This document shows positions 37,010-50,775 of a stretch of 64,000 nt of DNA, one piece after another. A program made the translations under genes and the position numbers. Numbering within the stretch: the stretch's first letter is position 1; each line of letters opens with the position of its first letter. Where the stretch lies: positions 34,348,001 to 34,412,000 of the forward strand of contig OX597839.1 of NCBI GenBank assembly GCA_951406725.2, given 5' to 3'. The notes beneath the pieces were generated by a model that was not told the origin of the DNA, did no database searches, and saw only the letters and a program-made list of their open reading frames with translations. This DNA is from Octopus vulgaris (taxonomy: Eukaryota).

Positions 37010-37407
37010 TCTTTATATATAAAAGTGAGGTTGTGTGTCTGTCTCCTACGATTTAGATTCCTAACTACTCCCACATTTTGCGGTGCAGTGTAACCAAAAG
37101 CGGGTATCTTATAGTCGTGATTCATATCGAGCCCTTCTGGGTAGTAGCGCGCGTCTACGATGAGTCTACGATTTTAAAAATAATTTACCATAATTTTTTC
37201 CCATTTTTAATGCATTTTTCGCTATTATATAAGGGAAGTAACACTCTAAAAATGTATTATTAAATCTCAGAAGGTAAAAAGCTACAGTAACACCCCACCC
37301 CCTTTGTGGTTAGCCATATTGAGATGGCTATTATACTTTACATCTCTAAAAATGCTTATATAGTTATTTCCCTTACAAACCCGAGCAACGCCGGGCGATA
37401 CTGCTAG
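37010..37407 (+). mobile_element. Non-autonomous Helitron, H1 variant with different middle
   Basis: A|TCTTTATATATAAAAGTGAGG...CCCGAGCAACGCCGGGCGATACTGCTAG|T. Confidence 0.92.
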
Positions 37408-38711
37408 TTTCAGATAAAATAATTAAAGATTTATTCTAAAATAAACATCAACTTATTTTTAAAATAATTACAAAAACCGTAATTATTTTCGCATTAATCC
37501 AGTGACATTCGTCAGCTCGCAGCCACAATATTAATAAACGGAATACTTTAATTACAGAGAGGAGTTAATTAATACAGCAATTGGGGAGTAAATGTCGGTT
37601 GACTGTTCAACGGTAACAGGGAGGATATTCTTTAATTATACGGTTTCAATTTCTGGTTGTTGCTGCTATTTTACTCCTCTGGGTCCTCTCTCTAATCCCA
37701 CAGCTAAAGAATTCTGATGGTTCGGAAATAATTGAATTTTGGTATTCCTTCGATATTGGTCTCCAGAGTGTTGGTATGAGGAGACGATGTCACTCATCCC
37801 CTAATTCAGCCTAGCCTCTTTATCTATGTCATGAAGTAAGGTTGTGTGGGTGAATGACGTCATGTACTAATACCGAAGGACTGTCTGAAGTTTTATATAG
37901 GCATGTCATTATTCAGCCCGAATAGATCCTTGGTCAAAGACGTTCCAGTTGTGACCATCCAGTCTTTTATTTCATGCTCAGTATATCTAAGACCGCATTA
38001 TCCAAGGCGGCCTTCGTTATATTTTAAGACCGTGGATATTTTTCATACAATTTTATCACAAACAAGTTTTGGGGCCACTGTAGTGTAAGGGTCTACAAAG
38101 AAGGGAAAAAAGGGGCCAACAAATTTTAAAGATGTCAGCTTAAAGAACTGAATATCATAAATCTGAATAAAACAAGACGATGGTAGTGGGTCCCAGAATA
38201 AAGCTGTTCGGAGAAAGAAACTATTTGCATAAACGGTATGGCTGCTATTTCTAGCAGATCTTGTGATCAGGCAAGATACTTCGTTTGTTCATAGAGGAGA
38301 CACGAGTTACTCAATGCCTCGTCGCTCATAAAAACGTCTGATCGAAACCTGCTAATTTCCCGCTCTCAGATTTGTAATGAGAGAGAGAAAAAGATCAGTT
38401 CGCACCTGAAAACAATAATTCTAGTTAATGCCTTTCATTTAAAAGTAGCTGAATGATAGAAACGGCCAAACACTATCGTATATATCATTTAATCTATTGA
38501 TATATTTATCTAAAATGATCTTAATTAATTTACCTAGATCTGATTTACATGGACAAGTAAGTCTAACTTTTGGGTCAGAATAAAAATTATGGATCTTTTC
38601 CGTTTGTATGTTAAAAACTGCCGTTCAAACCGAAAAGATCCAAAATTATCCGTATGGTCTTTTAAAGTAATTCTAGGGTGCAGAGGTACATTAGGTTCGG
38701 TTTTATTAGCA

Positions 38712-38881
38712 CTTCGTCTGCCGTTACGTCGTGAGTTCAAATTCCGCCGAGGTCGACTTTGCCTTTCATCCTTTCGGGGTCGATAAATTAAGTACCAGTT
38801 ACGCACTGGGGTCAATATAATCGACTTAATCCCTTTGTCTGTCCCCTCTATGTTTAGTCCCTTGTGGGCAATAAAGAAATA
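38712..38881 (+). mobile_element. SINE family B, 5'-truncated
   Basis: B box, GCCTTTCATCCTTTCGGGGTCGATAAATTAAGTACC, tail AAAGAAATA. Confidence 0.9.
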
Positions 38882-38921
38882 TATCTAACTTATATTTCAT
38901 CATGATTAATTTAGAGTCCTT

Positions 38922-39010
38922 ATGTATGTATGTATGTATGTATGTATGTATGTATGTATGTATGTATGTATGTATGTATGTATGTATGTATGTGTGTGTA
39001 TGTATGTGTG
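38922..39010. repeat. (TATG)n microsatellite
   Basis: Directly visible. Confidence 0.95.
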
Positions 39011-39332
39011 TATAGTCAATCCAAAAAAAGAACACGAAAAATAACAACGCGAGGACGTGGTACATGTAACGCATTAGCAGACCATGTAGCACGTAGATCA
39101 AATCACACTCAAGTTGTCTTTTTCATTCATCATTTGGTGCCTGGGGGTGGTGGTGAGGGTCGATAAAACAAACTGTCAAGTATTGATTTTCTATCGGTTT
39201 GACCTACCGCCTCCTCACTTTAAAATTTGTGGGCACGTCGATAAAATAGAATACCAATCTAGTCACTTGGGTCTACGGTATCGAGTAAACTCTCTAACGG
39301 GAGTCTGTAGCCGTGCCAAGACGGCATTGTTT

Positions 39333-39862
39333 TAGGGCCGGATTAAGACACATGGAGGCCCTAAGCACTTAAAAGATTTTGGAGGCCCCGTATATATGTA
39401 ATTCAAAATATAAACAATAATAAACCGGAAAATATATTTTTAGTTTTGTCTCCTTCCATTTTAATGACATTTGGAAAGTTTCCTCATACTTTTTGTTTCC
39501 AGTTGTGGAGTCATTGATCAGATCCTTACTATGACACCATGAACCCTTCCAAATTATATTTCCGATCATATAATCTAACTTGAATATTACTTTAGTAAGT
39601 TTAAGGTGATTTCTTTTGTGCCATAAACCATTTACCATTTCTGTGGTGCTCCCTGCCTCCCTTGATGCCCCAAGCACGTACTTATATTGCTTAATCGTTA
39701 TTCCAGCGCTGATTATAGGCCCCCGGATAGATCAATGTACTGAGGCCTGTAGTATTTATTTATCGGCAGCAAGCCACAACATCCGCTGATCAGATTTGGG
39801 CCCCTAGATCCGTGAGGCCCTCGGGCAACTGTCTAGTGTGCCCATGCCTTAAAGCAGCAATG
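39333..39862. mobile_element. hAT-like MITE (39333-39711) followed by a second hAT-like fragment
   Basis: TAGGGCCGGATTAA / TTATTCCAGCGCTG decayed TIRs, GGCCC subterminal motifs; no clean TSD. Confidence 0.5.
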
Positions 39863-40179
39863 CTCCCACCTTTTCAAATTTGCTGGTGTAAACCACCCCC
39901 ATTTATTTCTGGGTTCAAATCCCGCTTAGGTTAACAATGCTTTTCATCCCCACCGGGGTCGATAAAAATAAAATAACAATCAAAATTGTTAATCCTCGTG
40001 CCTAAATCAGAAACCATTGTCACAAGTTCAAATCCAGCAGAGACCATCTTTGCATTTCATCTCTCCGAGGTCGTGAAGTAAAGTACCAGTCTAGTTAACA
40101 AGGGTCGAAGGGATTGGTTAAGCTTGCCCCTTTTCAAAGTTGCTGGCAGTGTGCCTCAATCACAAAACATAATTAGGTC

Positions 40180-40710
40180 CTATTCACCAAGACCGTGACC
40201 ATGCTGGGGCACCCGCCACAGAGGGTTTAGCCGAACGATTCGACTACAGCACTCATTTTTTAAAAGTCTGACACCTATTCTATCGGTCTGTTTTGACGAA
40301 CCGCAAAGTGGCTGAGACGTAAACAAAACAAACCAACACCGGTTGTGAAACGATGAGACGCACACGTACACGCACACACACACACATTATATATATATAT
40401 ATATATATACACGGCGGGTTTCCACAGTTTCTCGTCAACCAAATTCACTCGGAAGGCACCTTGCCCAAGGTGCCTCGCAGTGGGACTGAACTTGAAACCA
40501 TGTAATTGCAAATCAAGCTTTACCACCACATCTGTGCCTATATATACACATACACGCGACAGGCTTCCACACAGTTTCCGTCTATCAAGTTCATTCACAA
40601 ATGGTCAAACCCAGGTTATAACGGAAGACACTTGCCCAAAGCTCCGCGCAATGAGATTGAACCCGAAACCGCATGGTTTGCAAAGCAAGCTTCTTAACAA
40701 CAGAGCTATG
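40180..40710 (-). mobile_element. Old SINE family A copies, CpG-retaining
   Basis: Tail CATGCTGGGGCACC, two heads at about 40460-40540 and 40625-40710. Confidence 0.75.
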
Positions 40711-40944
40711 TCCAAGAGATAAGAAAAAAAAATATTCCCGCTCCTAAATTTTTAATAGGACTTCGTTTTTTGGTTTTGAAATTCTTGCTGTCTGCGATGT
40801 TTGAATGAATTCTTTTGTGTGTGTAAAATTCATTTCAAGTTCTTGGCCGTTAAAAAAAAATATATCGTTTGTAACCTTCACATTGAAACTGAGAAAGAAC
40901 TTCCCCTTAAAGCGAAAACCGTTCCGTACAATGGACCAATCTCT

Positions 40945-41465
40945 AGCTCTCTCTCTCTCTCTCTCTCTCTCTCTTTACCCCATTCTCTGTCTCTTTCTTT
41001 GTCTTTGTCTCTCTCTCTCTCTCTCTATTCTTTTCTTTCTGTCTGTCTCTCTCTCTCTCTCTGTCATTCTTTCAGTCTCTTTTCTCTGTCTTCCTCTCTC
41101 TCTCTCTCCCTCCCTCTGTCCTTTTCTCTATTTCTTTTTTTCTTGTTCTCTCTCTCTCTCTCTTGCTGTCTTTGTCTTTCTCTGTTCCTTTCTGTATCTC
41201 TTTCTCTGTCTGTCTCTCTCTCTCTCTCTATGTGTGTGTGTTTCTCTATTTCTCTGTCTACACCTCTCTCTCTCTCTCTCCGTCCCTCTGTCCTTTTCTC
41301 TATTTCTTTTTTTTGTTGTTTTTCTCTCTCTGTGTCTTTCTCTGTTCCTTTCTGTATCTCTTTCTCTCTCTGTCTCTGGTTGCTATCTATCTATCTCTCT
41401 CTTTCTCTATGTGTGTGTGTTTCTCTATTTCTCTCTGTCTACACCTCTCTCTCTCTCTCTCTCTC
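40945..41465. repeat. ~520-bp polypyrimidine (CT/CTGT) compound microsatellite
   Basis: Directly visible, with internally duplicated blocks. Confidence 0.95.
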
Positions 41466-41682
41466 ATTACATTCTAGTGTTAATTAAACAGTCGTAACTG
41501 ACTTTTGAGGAGTGGATGATAACAACAACAACAACAACAATAACAATAATAATCTCAATAAAAAACCAAAGTTGTAGATAAGAGTGGGAGGAGGAGGACG
41601 AAGACGAAAGGGAAGAAGACAACAGACAGCAATGAATAACAACTGTTATAAAGACACCCCCCTCCCCACTTATCACTTCTTA

Positions 41683-42160
41683 CTCCTCCTCCTTCTCCTC
41701 ATCTTGTAGCATCCCTCCTTCACAGATCACACACCTCCCTTCCCTCCCTCTCACACTATAACACAGTCTCTCCTTCTCCTCCTCCTCCTCCTCCTCATCT
41801 TGTAGCATCCCTCCTTCACAGATCACACACCTCCCTTCCCTCTCCTCACTCACAACTCTCAATCTATCACTCCCTCTCACACTACAACACAGTCTCTCCT
41901 TCTCCTCCTCCTCCTCCTCATCTTGTAGCATCCCTCCTTCACAGATCACACACCTCCCTTCCCTCTCCTCACTCACAACTCTCAATCTATCACTCCCTCT
42001 CACACTACAACACAGTCTCTCCTTCTCCTCCTCCTCCTCCTCATCTTGTAGCATCCCTCCATCACAGATCACACACCTCCCTCTTCTCCCTCACTCGCAA
42101 CTCTCACTCTATCACTCCCTCTCACACTATAACGCAGTCTCCCTTTCTCCTCCTCCTCCT
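41683..42160. repeat. 123-bp tandem repeat, about 4 units (first shortened to 96 bp)
   Basis: TGTAGCATCCCTCC recurs at 41705, 41801, 41924 and 42047. Confidence 0.92.
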
Positions 42161-42512
42161 ACTCTTTCTTCTCCTCCCACTCCCTTATTTTTTTTTTACT
42201 ATATTTTATCTTCTCTTTTTTTACTGTTTCTTTTTTATTTATTCATTTATTTATTTATTACGTCGAACCAAACACCATAAACTTTTTTCATCCGTTATTT
42301 GCCGCCACACCCTTCCTTTCTCTTTCGCTTCTTCTTCTTTTTAAAACAACTGACACCGTATTCTATCGCCACCTTTTCTATCTGTCTTATTTATCTGTCT
42401 ACACACACACACACGCACACACGCTTTTCTTTTATTACTTCCTTCCTTTCTTTCTTTCTTCCTTTTCTTTCCTAACTTCGTCTTCTTATTGTGTACAACT
42501 GCATCAAATAAA

Positions 42513-42850
42513 CCATCATCATCAGCGTCACCACCACCACCACCCTCACCATCATCATTTTCCTCATCTCCATAACCACCACTACCATCATCACACCCTC
42601 CCATCACCACCACCACCATCATCCTCATCATCACTACCATCACCACCACCACCATCATCATCCTCATCACCACCTCTATTGCCACCACCATCATCGCTAT
42701 CACCACCACCACCACCACCATCACCACCTTTATCATCACTACCATCATCACCACCACCATCATCATCCTCATCACCACCTCTACTACCACTACCACCACC
42801 ATCATCATCATCACTACCATCACCACCACCATCATCATCCTCATCATCAA
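42513..42850. repeat. (CAC/CAT)n tract with duplicated blocks, probably in a 5' leader
   Basis: Directly visible, upstream of the ATG at 43278. Confidence 0.9.
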
Positions 42851-43277
42851 CCAACGAACCAAATTATTAACGGTTCCCGGAGCCGTTTAGGAAGTAAAAT
42901 TTAACCGTTACCACCATCACCACCACCACCACCACTACTACTACTACAATTCCTGTAATAACCCCCACGCACCCCCCTCCCCGTCACCATCACCAGCATT
43001 TACTGATGCTGCTGCTGCTGCTGTTGATGAAGTTATTAGATAAAAACTTATTTGTTTATTCAAACTTCGCTCCTCTGCATCAATTTTTTTGGCAAAAGCG
43101 GTACTTGCCAACCAACCAACCAACCAGTCAGCCAACCATCCATCTAACCATCAACCGCAGCACCAGCAGCAGCAGCCTACTACAGTTTTGCTTTTCGTAA
43201 CTTACTTTTTCCCCATGTTATTAGATGGGCCAATTTGAGTATTTGTTGTTCAAAAGACAGACAAGAAGCAGAGGAGG

Positions 43278-43472
43278 ATGGCGAGCGAGGCAGGGATTGC
43301 TAGCTGGGATCGTTCCCCGTTAGGCCCCGCTGTCGCCGGCGACAACGACGCGAGCATTTGTAACCCGTCGCTATTGTCTCCAAGTTTTTCCATGGAACAG
43401 ATTATTACTAAGCTGAAGTATGACAGAGACGACGAAGACCCCCTTTGTGATTATATCCCCATAGCACGACGA
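43278..43472 (+). CDS. Probable first coding exon, 65 aa [65 protein letters not shown] (product unknown)
   Basis: GGAGG-ATG-G start context, unique GC/CpG-rich sequence against an AT-rich background, donor CGA|GTAAGA (phase 0), followed by intronic microsatellite. Confidence 0.7.
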
Positions 43473-43498
43473 GTAAGAAACCCTTCTTTTTCAATTGC

Positions 43499-44120
<622 letters not shown>

Positions 44121-44165
44121 GATATATATTGTATCTGTTATATGTGTGTATATTATATATATAGA

Positions 44166-44225
<60 letters not shown>

Positions 44226-44669
44226 TATATGTGTGTGTGTATGTATGTTAGTATGTGTGTGTGTGTGTTTGTTATATGTGTATCTGTATGTAAGGTGGTG
44301 TGAGTTTCCTGTCAGCATATGTGAAATATTGTCAAACACTGGTGGACATTCGTCGGATTCTTATCTTAACCCTTATTTCCTATTTTCTGATTAAATCGTT
44401 TATAAGGATTCTAGGGAATCGGTAAAACAAGGTTTCGAAACAAAATTCCTTGCGTAACTGCTGACAGAACTATTTCTATCCAGAAGATCGATACAGCAAC
44501 CTATCAATTTCACACCAGTTTTCAAATCATTGAATCAACTCATATTTTTTTCTTCTTTTCTCCTCGGAAAATCCCATCTTGTATCCTAGTCCCCACCGGA
44601 TATGGGGTCCATGTTATCGACTAACCATTTCCCTTCAAAGTCACGAGTATCGTGCTGAAATTTGAAATC

Positions 44670-45170
44670 CGAGTTCAAATCCTGCCGAGGTCGTCGACTT
44701 TGCTTCTTATCATTTCGGGGTCGGTAAAATAAGGTACCAGCTAAGCGCTGGGGTCGATATAATCGACCTATCCCCGCCCCCGAATTTCAAACCTTGTGCT
44801 TTTATAATAGAAGCAATTATTGTCGTTGTTCCGGCTTTTTACATACTAAGTTCAAATCCCGCCAAAGTCGACTTTGCCTTTCATCCTCTCGGAGTCGATA
44901 AAATAAGGTACCAGTTAAACACTGGGGTCGATATAATCGACTTAGTCCCTCTCCCCAAATCTGCCGGCCTTGTGGCAGCATTTGAAACCGTTTATTATTA
45001 TTATTGTCGTTGATGTTGATGTTATTCAAATTCCGCCGCCGTAAACTTTGCCTTTCCATTCTTCCGGACTCGATAAAATAAAGTACCAGTCGTGTACTGG
45101 GGACGTCAACGCAATCTGCTAATCCATTCCCTTGAAAGTGACTGACCTTGTCCCAAATTTTGAAACAATT
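44670..45170 (+). mobile_element. Cluster of three diverged headless family B-like SINEs
   Basis: TTCAAAT(C/T)C..CC..GACTTTGC..TCG.TAAAATAA.GTACCAG at about 44672, 44850 and 45025. Confidence 0.7.
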
Positions 45171-45339
45171 GTGATTGTTTTTTTGCTGAACCGAACACTT
45201 CGAAGACTTTCTTCTGCCTTTTAAGAAATCTTGTTTTATTCTCTCTCGTTACCATTGTTAGTTTGTGGTTCCAAGTCTTGTGTTGAAAGAATGTCTTCGA
45301 ATTTCACATTGTGCAGTGCCTCCCTCCCCCCTCTCTCTC

Positions 45340-45392
<53 letters not shown>

Positions 45393-45685
45393 GTGTCTGT
45401 GTGTGATTGTCGCGTGGAAGAAACAGTAAAGTTTTTAGTCACAAATCCGATCTCTTTAAATTGGATCTTTAAGCAAGTTGTTTGTTGTTGTTGTCAAAAT
45501 GCGGATACTACAACTTTATTATTATTATTATTAACACTGTGTCCCTCCCTCTCTCTCTCTCTCTCCTCATCATCGTATCATACCCTAATTTCTTAACCCC
45601 TTTTATACCATCATCGTCCCCACTTCTTTTGTGATCCTTTGTGTTCTGTCTCATTTGGGCACCAACATATATATATATATATATA

Positions 45686-45850
45686 TTGGTAAAAACGGTA
45701 AGATAACAAAAGAAAGAAAGAGACCTCAATATTATGTAAATAGAGGAAATTTATCTATAAAATAATATGTTACATTTACTCGATAGTCAAGATAAAACTC
45801 TGAGTTTCAGATGCCGAAGTGGAAATCCACAACACCATCTCTTCGGTTAT
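45686..45850 (-). mobile_element. Penelope-like fragment in (TA)n, ending in a degenerate hammerhead-like motif (45792-45850)
   Basis: Minus strand ATAA-CCGAAGA-GATG..CATC-T-GAAA-CTCAGAG-T-T-TTAT; flanked by TA tracts. Confidence 0.55.
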
Positions 45851-46505
45851 ATATATATACACACACATTTGTGTTTTATATATACATCTGTGTGTGTGTG
45901 TGTGTGTTATATCCATCTGTGTGTGTGTGTGTGTCATGCCTTAGACACAAAAGCCATGCTGTCATATATAGTTTATGACTCACGACTCGCACATGTCGTG
46001 GCGGTGGTGGGCTTTTTTTTCATTTTGCCAACTAAGTCTGTGACTTCAGAATTCAATCACCATCATCATCATCATAGCCAACAGCATCAACATTAACAAC
46101 AAACAGTGTTTTCTGTCTTTTTCTTCTTTTTTCTTCTTCTTCTTTTGGAACCAGCAGCTGGGAGCTGACAAATGGATCCCTTCTTACTCCTTCCTACCTT
46201 CCTTCCTTCCTCCTGTCTTAATCTTACTGACATTTTTATTTGAATCTCGGGTGGTGATGATGATGATGATGAAATTACCAATTTTCAAACTTTCGGTTAC
46301 ATTCAAATTCTTCGTTTCTTCTTCTTCATACAACAACAACAACAAGAAGAATTTCTTCTAAACCACATCCTCACACTTACACACACACACCAACACACAT
46401 ACATACACACACACATAGAGGAAGCACAATAGCATTTCTTTGAGACAATAACAATAACAACATCAATAACAACAGCAGCAGCCACAGCGAACCAGATCAA
46501 TAACA

Positions 46506-46558
46506 ATGAAAGTTGACTTGTCTGTGATTTTGGGGAAGAAAATGTTGCCAAATTCTTG
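46506..46558 (+). CDS. Weak candidate alternative first exon MKVDLSVILGKKMLPNS
   Basis: AACA-ATG-A context, donor TTG|GTAAAT (phase 2), SSR-rich leader resembling that before 43278, TGACTCA at 45976. Confidence 0.25.
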
Positions 46559-46715
46559 GTAAATATTTTTGCTTGTCGTTTTTCATTTCCGTTTTTTCAT
46601 CCTAAAAATATTTGAAATTATTCAAGGATGTTTATTTAACTTGTCAGTTTGCATTTGGGTATTTTTTCTCTCTCTATTTCCCAGTATTAATTAATCACTG
46701 ACTACAGAGTACAAG

Positions 46716-46748
46716 GATATATATATATACACACACACACACATATAT

Positions 46749-46798
<50 letters not shown>

Positions 46799-46863
46799 GT
46801 AAGTGTGAATACATCATGTAGCGACGAGACAGTCCATCATTATATATATATATATATATATAT

Positions 46864-46906
<43 letters not shown>

Positions 46907-46937
46907 CTTACATATATATGTATGTATATATATATAT

Positions 46938-46980
<43 letters not shown>

Positions 46981-47067
46981 CTTACATATATATGTATGTA
47001 TATATGCATGTTTTATTTATCTATTAATTTATATATATGTATGTGTATATATATATATATATGTATG

Positions 47068-47133
<66 letters not shown>
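46716..47133. repeat. Long interrupted (TA)n microsatellite
   Basis: Directly visible. Confidence 0.95.
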
Positions 47134-47134
<1 letters not shown>

Positions 47135-47193
47135 GGCGGTGCCCCAGCATGGCCACAGCTCGTGAGCTGAAACTAGATAAAATAAAAATAAAA
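47134..47193 (+). mobile_element. 60-bp retroposon 3' stub (also 59686-59712)
   Basis: GGCGGTGCCCCAGCATGGCCACAGCTCGTGAGCTGAAACTAG plus (ATAAA)n; homologous to the family A tail. Confidence 0.7.
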
Positions 47194-47969
47194 ATATATA
47201 TATATGAGAGAGAGAATTTTTTAATTTCTAATATTAGCTGTCTCGGTTAATGTCAAGTTCATAATTGGATAATTTAACCTCAGGTCAGCAGTCGTAATCG
47301 TTGTAGACCTATGATTAAAAGCGTCCTGGTCGTGACCATCCCATCTTACCGTTTATCAGGAAACTGCATTGCCCACCGTTTCCTTTAATTAAATCAATGG
47401 GGGGTGTGTGTGATTTAATTAATCTTTATTCTATTCCCCCCAATACTTTGAATACCAGGTGTCTCTTTTAAACATCGCGGATTTTTTGCCTTTTAATCAA
47501 TCACTCCCAAAGATCGAACGATCGATAATCCCCTCCCCCAACACACACACACACCCTCCCTGTATCCCTATCCGATCTCATATTTTCTCTTCTAAGTTTA
47601 TTCATTAATCCGTTGTTTATTGTTATTGGGAAAGACAAGAACTTGTTAAAATACCGGCGCCTTCCCGCTATTGTGTGTTTGGCCTATTTTTAAAGAATTC
47701 GCATTGTTTGGGTAATCAGGCAATGTGACATGGCGTTTACTAGAATGGAAGGCATCGACACTCAGTCTAGGGATCCAGTTTCGATCCCTGATATTAAAAA
47801 AAAACAACTTTTTAATCACAGGGTCCAAAGTAAAAAGACCCGTGGCATTTGCAGACCCTTTTACATCGAAAATATTGAATTTATCTATATATATTACTTG
47901 GTGGTTGGTGTTTTCCTTAGAAAATATGAAATTTGGAGAGATCTTGGTGTAACTAACCGCTAATTACCA

Positions 47970-48138
47970 CCGAGATTACTCGTGTATAAGCCACCCTAAT
48001 CTTATCCATGGGTCTGATTTTAAAATAACTGGGGTGCGACTTATACACAGGGCATCGCTAAAACTAAGGAGAAAGACAAAAATTGTACCAAGATTTAACA
48101 CGAAATTAGGGATGCGGTTTATACATGAATAAATACAG
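47970..48138. mobile_element. pogo/Tc1-like MITE
   Basis: Reverse-complement similarity to 14370-14512. Confidence 0.65.
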
Positions 48139-49139
48139 TGGGTTACTTTTAAGGCTCCCTTTCTCTATGACAACTCTGCATTCCAACCGTGACCACCCAA
48201 TTTTTGTGTACATTTGATACTACATTGTCCAATATGTCCTGCCTTTTTGTTTTTTTTTCTAATTAAGACTTCGGTGTTTGATTTTTTTGAATGAGATTTG
48301 ACTGCTATTTCTAACAGAGCTTGCAACCCCGTTTAAGACTCCCTGGTCAGCTCGTATTGCTTTTGACTGCTATTTCTAGCCTATTGTACAAACCTTGTAG
48401 TAACTCTGGTTGTCTCGTGTTACACAAATGTGTGTTGTTGGTTCATTAACTACCATTCTCATGGATTTAATTATAATAAACGAAATTTATAAAGCAAATT
48501 TTCAAGCAATGCAGGATTGAAGCTAATCTATGACTTTATTGTAAGTTAATTAACCGAACAGTAAGACTCAATAACAGATAATTAATTGACTAAATAGCTT
48601 ATATTTCATATTGATGCTGAGGGTAGCAAAAATATTGTTTTTACACACATTACAAACACTGCTCAATAGACGGTATGTATATTCACATTATATACTACTA
48701 TATAAACATGTATATACAACGGCTTCATATATAACGTGCACTTTTATACACACACACACACACACACATATGTACATACATACATACATACATTTTATAT
48801 ATATATATATATAATAGTTATATATATAATATTTATATATATATATATACGTACACTGCTATATAACTTTATGACATACATTTATTTATGCGACATGCAT
48901 CAAACTTTATATTACGTATATTGTTATATACACACAAGAATACACAATTTTATGTGTGTGTGTGTGTGTGTATATACTTCTATGCATACAAGTTTATAAA
49001 CATACACAGCTTTATCTATGTATTGCATGCATATTTTTAAAAAGCCAAACTCTGTATGTAACATGTATACTTATATATATACCCGCAAATATACACACTT
49101 TTTATAACACACATACACAACTATATATAACATGTAGAC

Positions 49140-49155
49140 ACACACACATGCACAA

Positions 49156-49224
<69 letters not shown>

Positions 49225-49345
49225 CCGAAATTGCGAAGATGATCCGGTTCTTGACTGAAGATTGAAAGCTTCGAATGTCCCGTCCGTGTTTTTTGTATCG
49301 TCTTCTAAATGTTTCATGTTCTTGTCCCAGTTTGTATTTTTTTAC

Positions 49346-49435
<90 letters not shown>

Positions 49436-49457
49436 ACATATATATATATATATACAC

Positions 49458-49488
<31 letters not shown>

Positions 49489-49530
49489 TGTATGTATGTA
49501 TGTATGTATGTGTGTGTGTGTGCTTATATA
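49140..49530. repeat. (CT)(TA)(CA)(TATG) compound microsatellite with a ~130-bp insert at 49221-49349
   Basis: Directly visible; the insert is probably a short repeat fragment. Confidence 0.85.
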
Positions 49531-50139
49531 TAACTTTCTCACACACATCGCACGAACTTAAAATTCCTTCGACGTCTAGAATTGCTTTCGAAAGTATCTC
49601 TTTCATTCCCCGCAAGACTTTGGTAAAAAGAGAAAAAAAAAACCCCAAAAGATGTCAGGTTATTTGTTTATTCTATCGAAGCAGAAGAGAACAATCACAA
49701 AAAATACCAAAGTTGGGACCAGAACTTTAAAAAGATCTGCTTACTCTGCCAAGTGTCTCTTAATGCTTCTTTATTTCAAACCAGAAAGGTGGGTGGGTAA
49801 CTGGTTTCGTTTTCATGTTGGAATCGTTTACTTTTAGGGTGTTAATTAATTTATCAATTAACTTCGCTAATTATGTGATTGATGCGGGACATGGTTTTCG
49901 CTGAATACTTTTTATATCAACCTCTTCTTCTCCCATCTTTGGGTGGGAGTCGCTGTAAGTTAGTTTCTAGACGAAAGTTATGAAGTTTCCATAAAGCAAT
50001 TAAGTTCTAACGGAAATCGCGGGCTGGGATTGCTTTTTAAATGTCAAATTTAGTTTCCGTTTGAGCACGAAACAAGCTTCTTTGCTTTAGAAGTCGGTGG
50101 CTTTATACATAAATACATATATATATGTGTGTGTGTGTA

Positions 50140-50775
50140 GGTATTGTTTTGGTCATTAGACTGTGGCCATGCTGGGGCACCGCATTGAAGAATTTTTAGT
50201 CGAGTGAATCTACTCCAGCAGTTTTTTTTTCTTTTTTAAGCCTCTTACTTATTTTATCGGTCTCGTTTGTCGAACTACTAAGTTATGACGACGTAAACAT
50301 ACCAACACCGTTGTTAAGGGTTGTTGGGGACAAATACACACACATACACACACACAATGAGCTTCTTTCAGGTTCCGCCTATTAAATCCACTCACAAGGC
50401 TTTGGTGAACCCAAGGATATAGTAGAACACACTTGCCTAAGGTGCCATGCACTCCATCAGTATCCGCAATGAGGATTTCAGTTGATCCGATCCATGGAAC
50501 AGCCTGTTTGTGAAATTAACGTGCAAGTGGCTGAGTACTCCACGGACACGTGTACCCTTAATGTGGTTCTCAGGGAGATCCAGCATCACGCTGAAAGTGA
50601 CAAGGATGGCCCCTTGTGAATTACAGGTACAACTCATTTTTGCCAGCTGAATGGACTGGGGCAATAATGTGAAATAAAGTGTCTTGCTCAAGGACATGGT
50701 GCACCGCTGGGAATCGAACTCACAACCTTATGATCATAGGCCAAATACCCTAACCACTGAGTTACATGCCTTCAC
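50140..50775 (-). mobile_element. Family A SINE (about 50140-50450) abutting a family D/E-related SINE (about 50452-50775)
   Basis: GTGAAATTAACGTG.AAGTGGCTGAG.ACTCCAC shared with family D; head shared with family E. Confidence 0.75.

Noticed and set aside
36077-37407. Single 1.3-kb transposon with 65-bp TIRs
   Set aside because: Each arm is a complete Helitron with its own A|TC and CTAG|T ends, and solo copies exist at 24871 and 22348
41680-42072. Cys/Glu-rich 130-aa minus-strand ORF
   Set aside because: Translation of the 123-bp VNTR; no splice or start context
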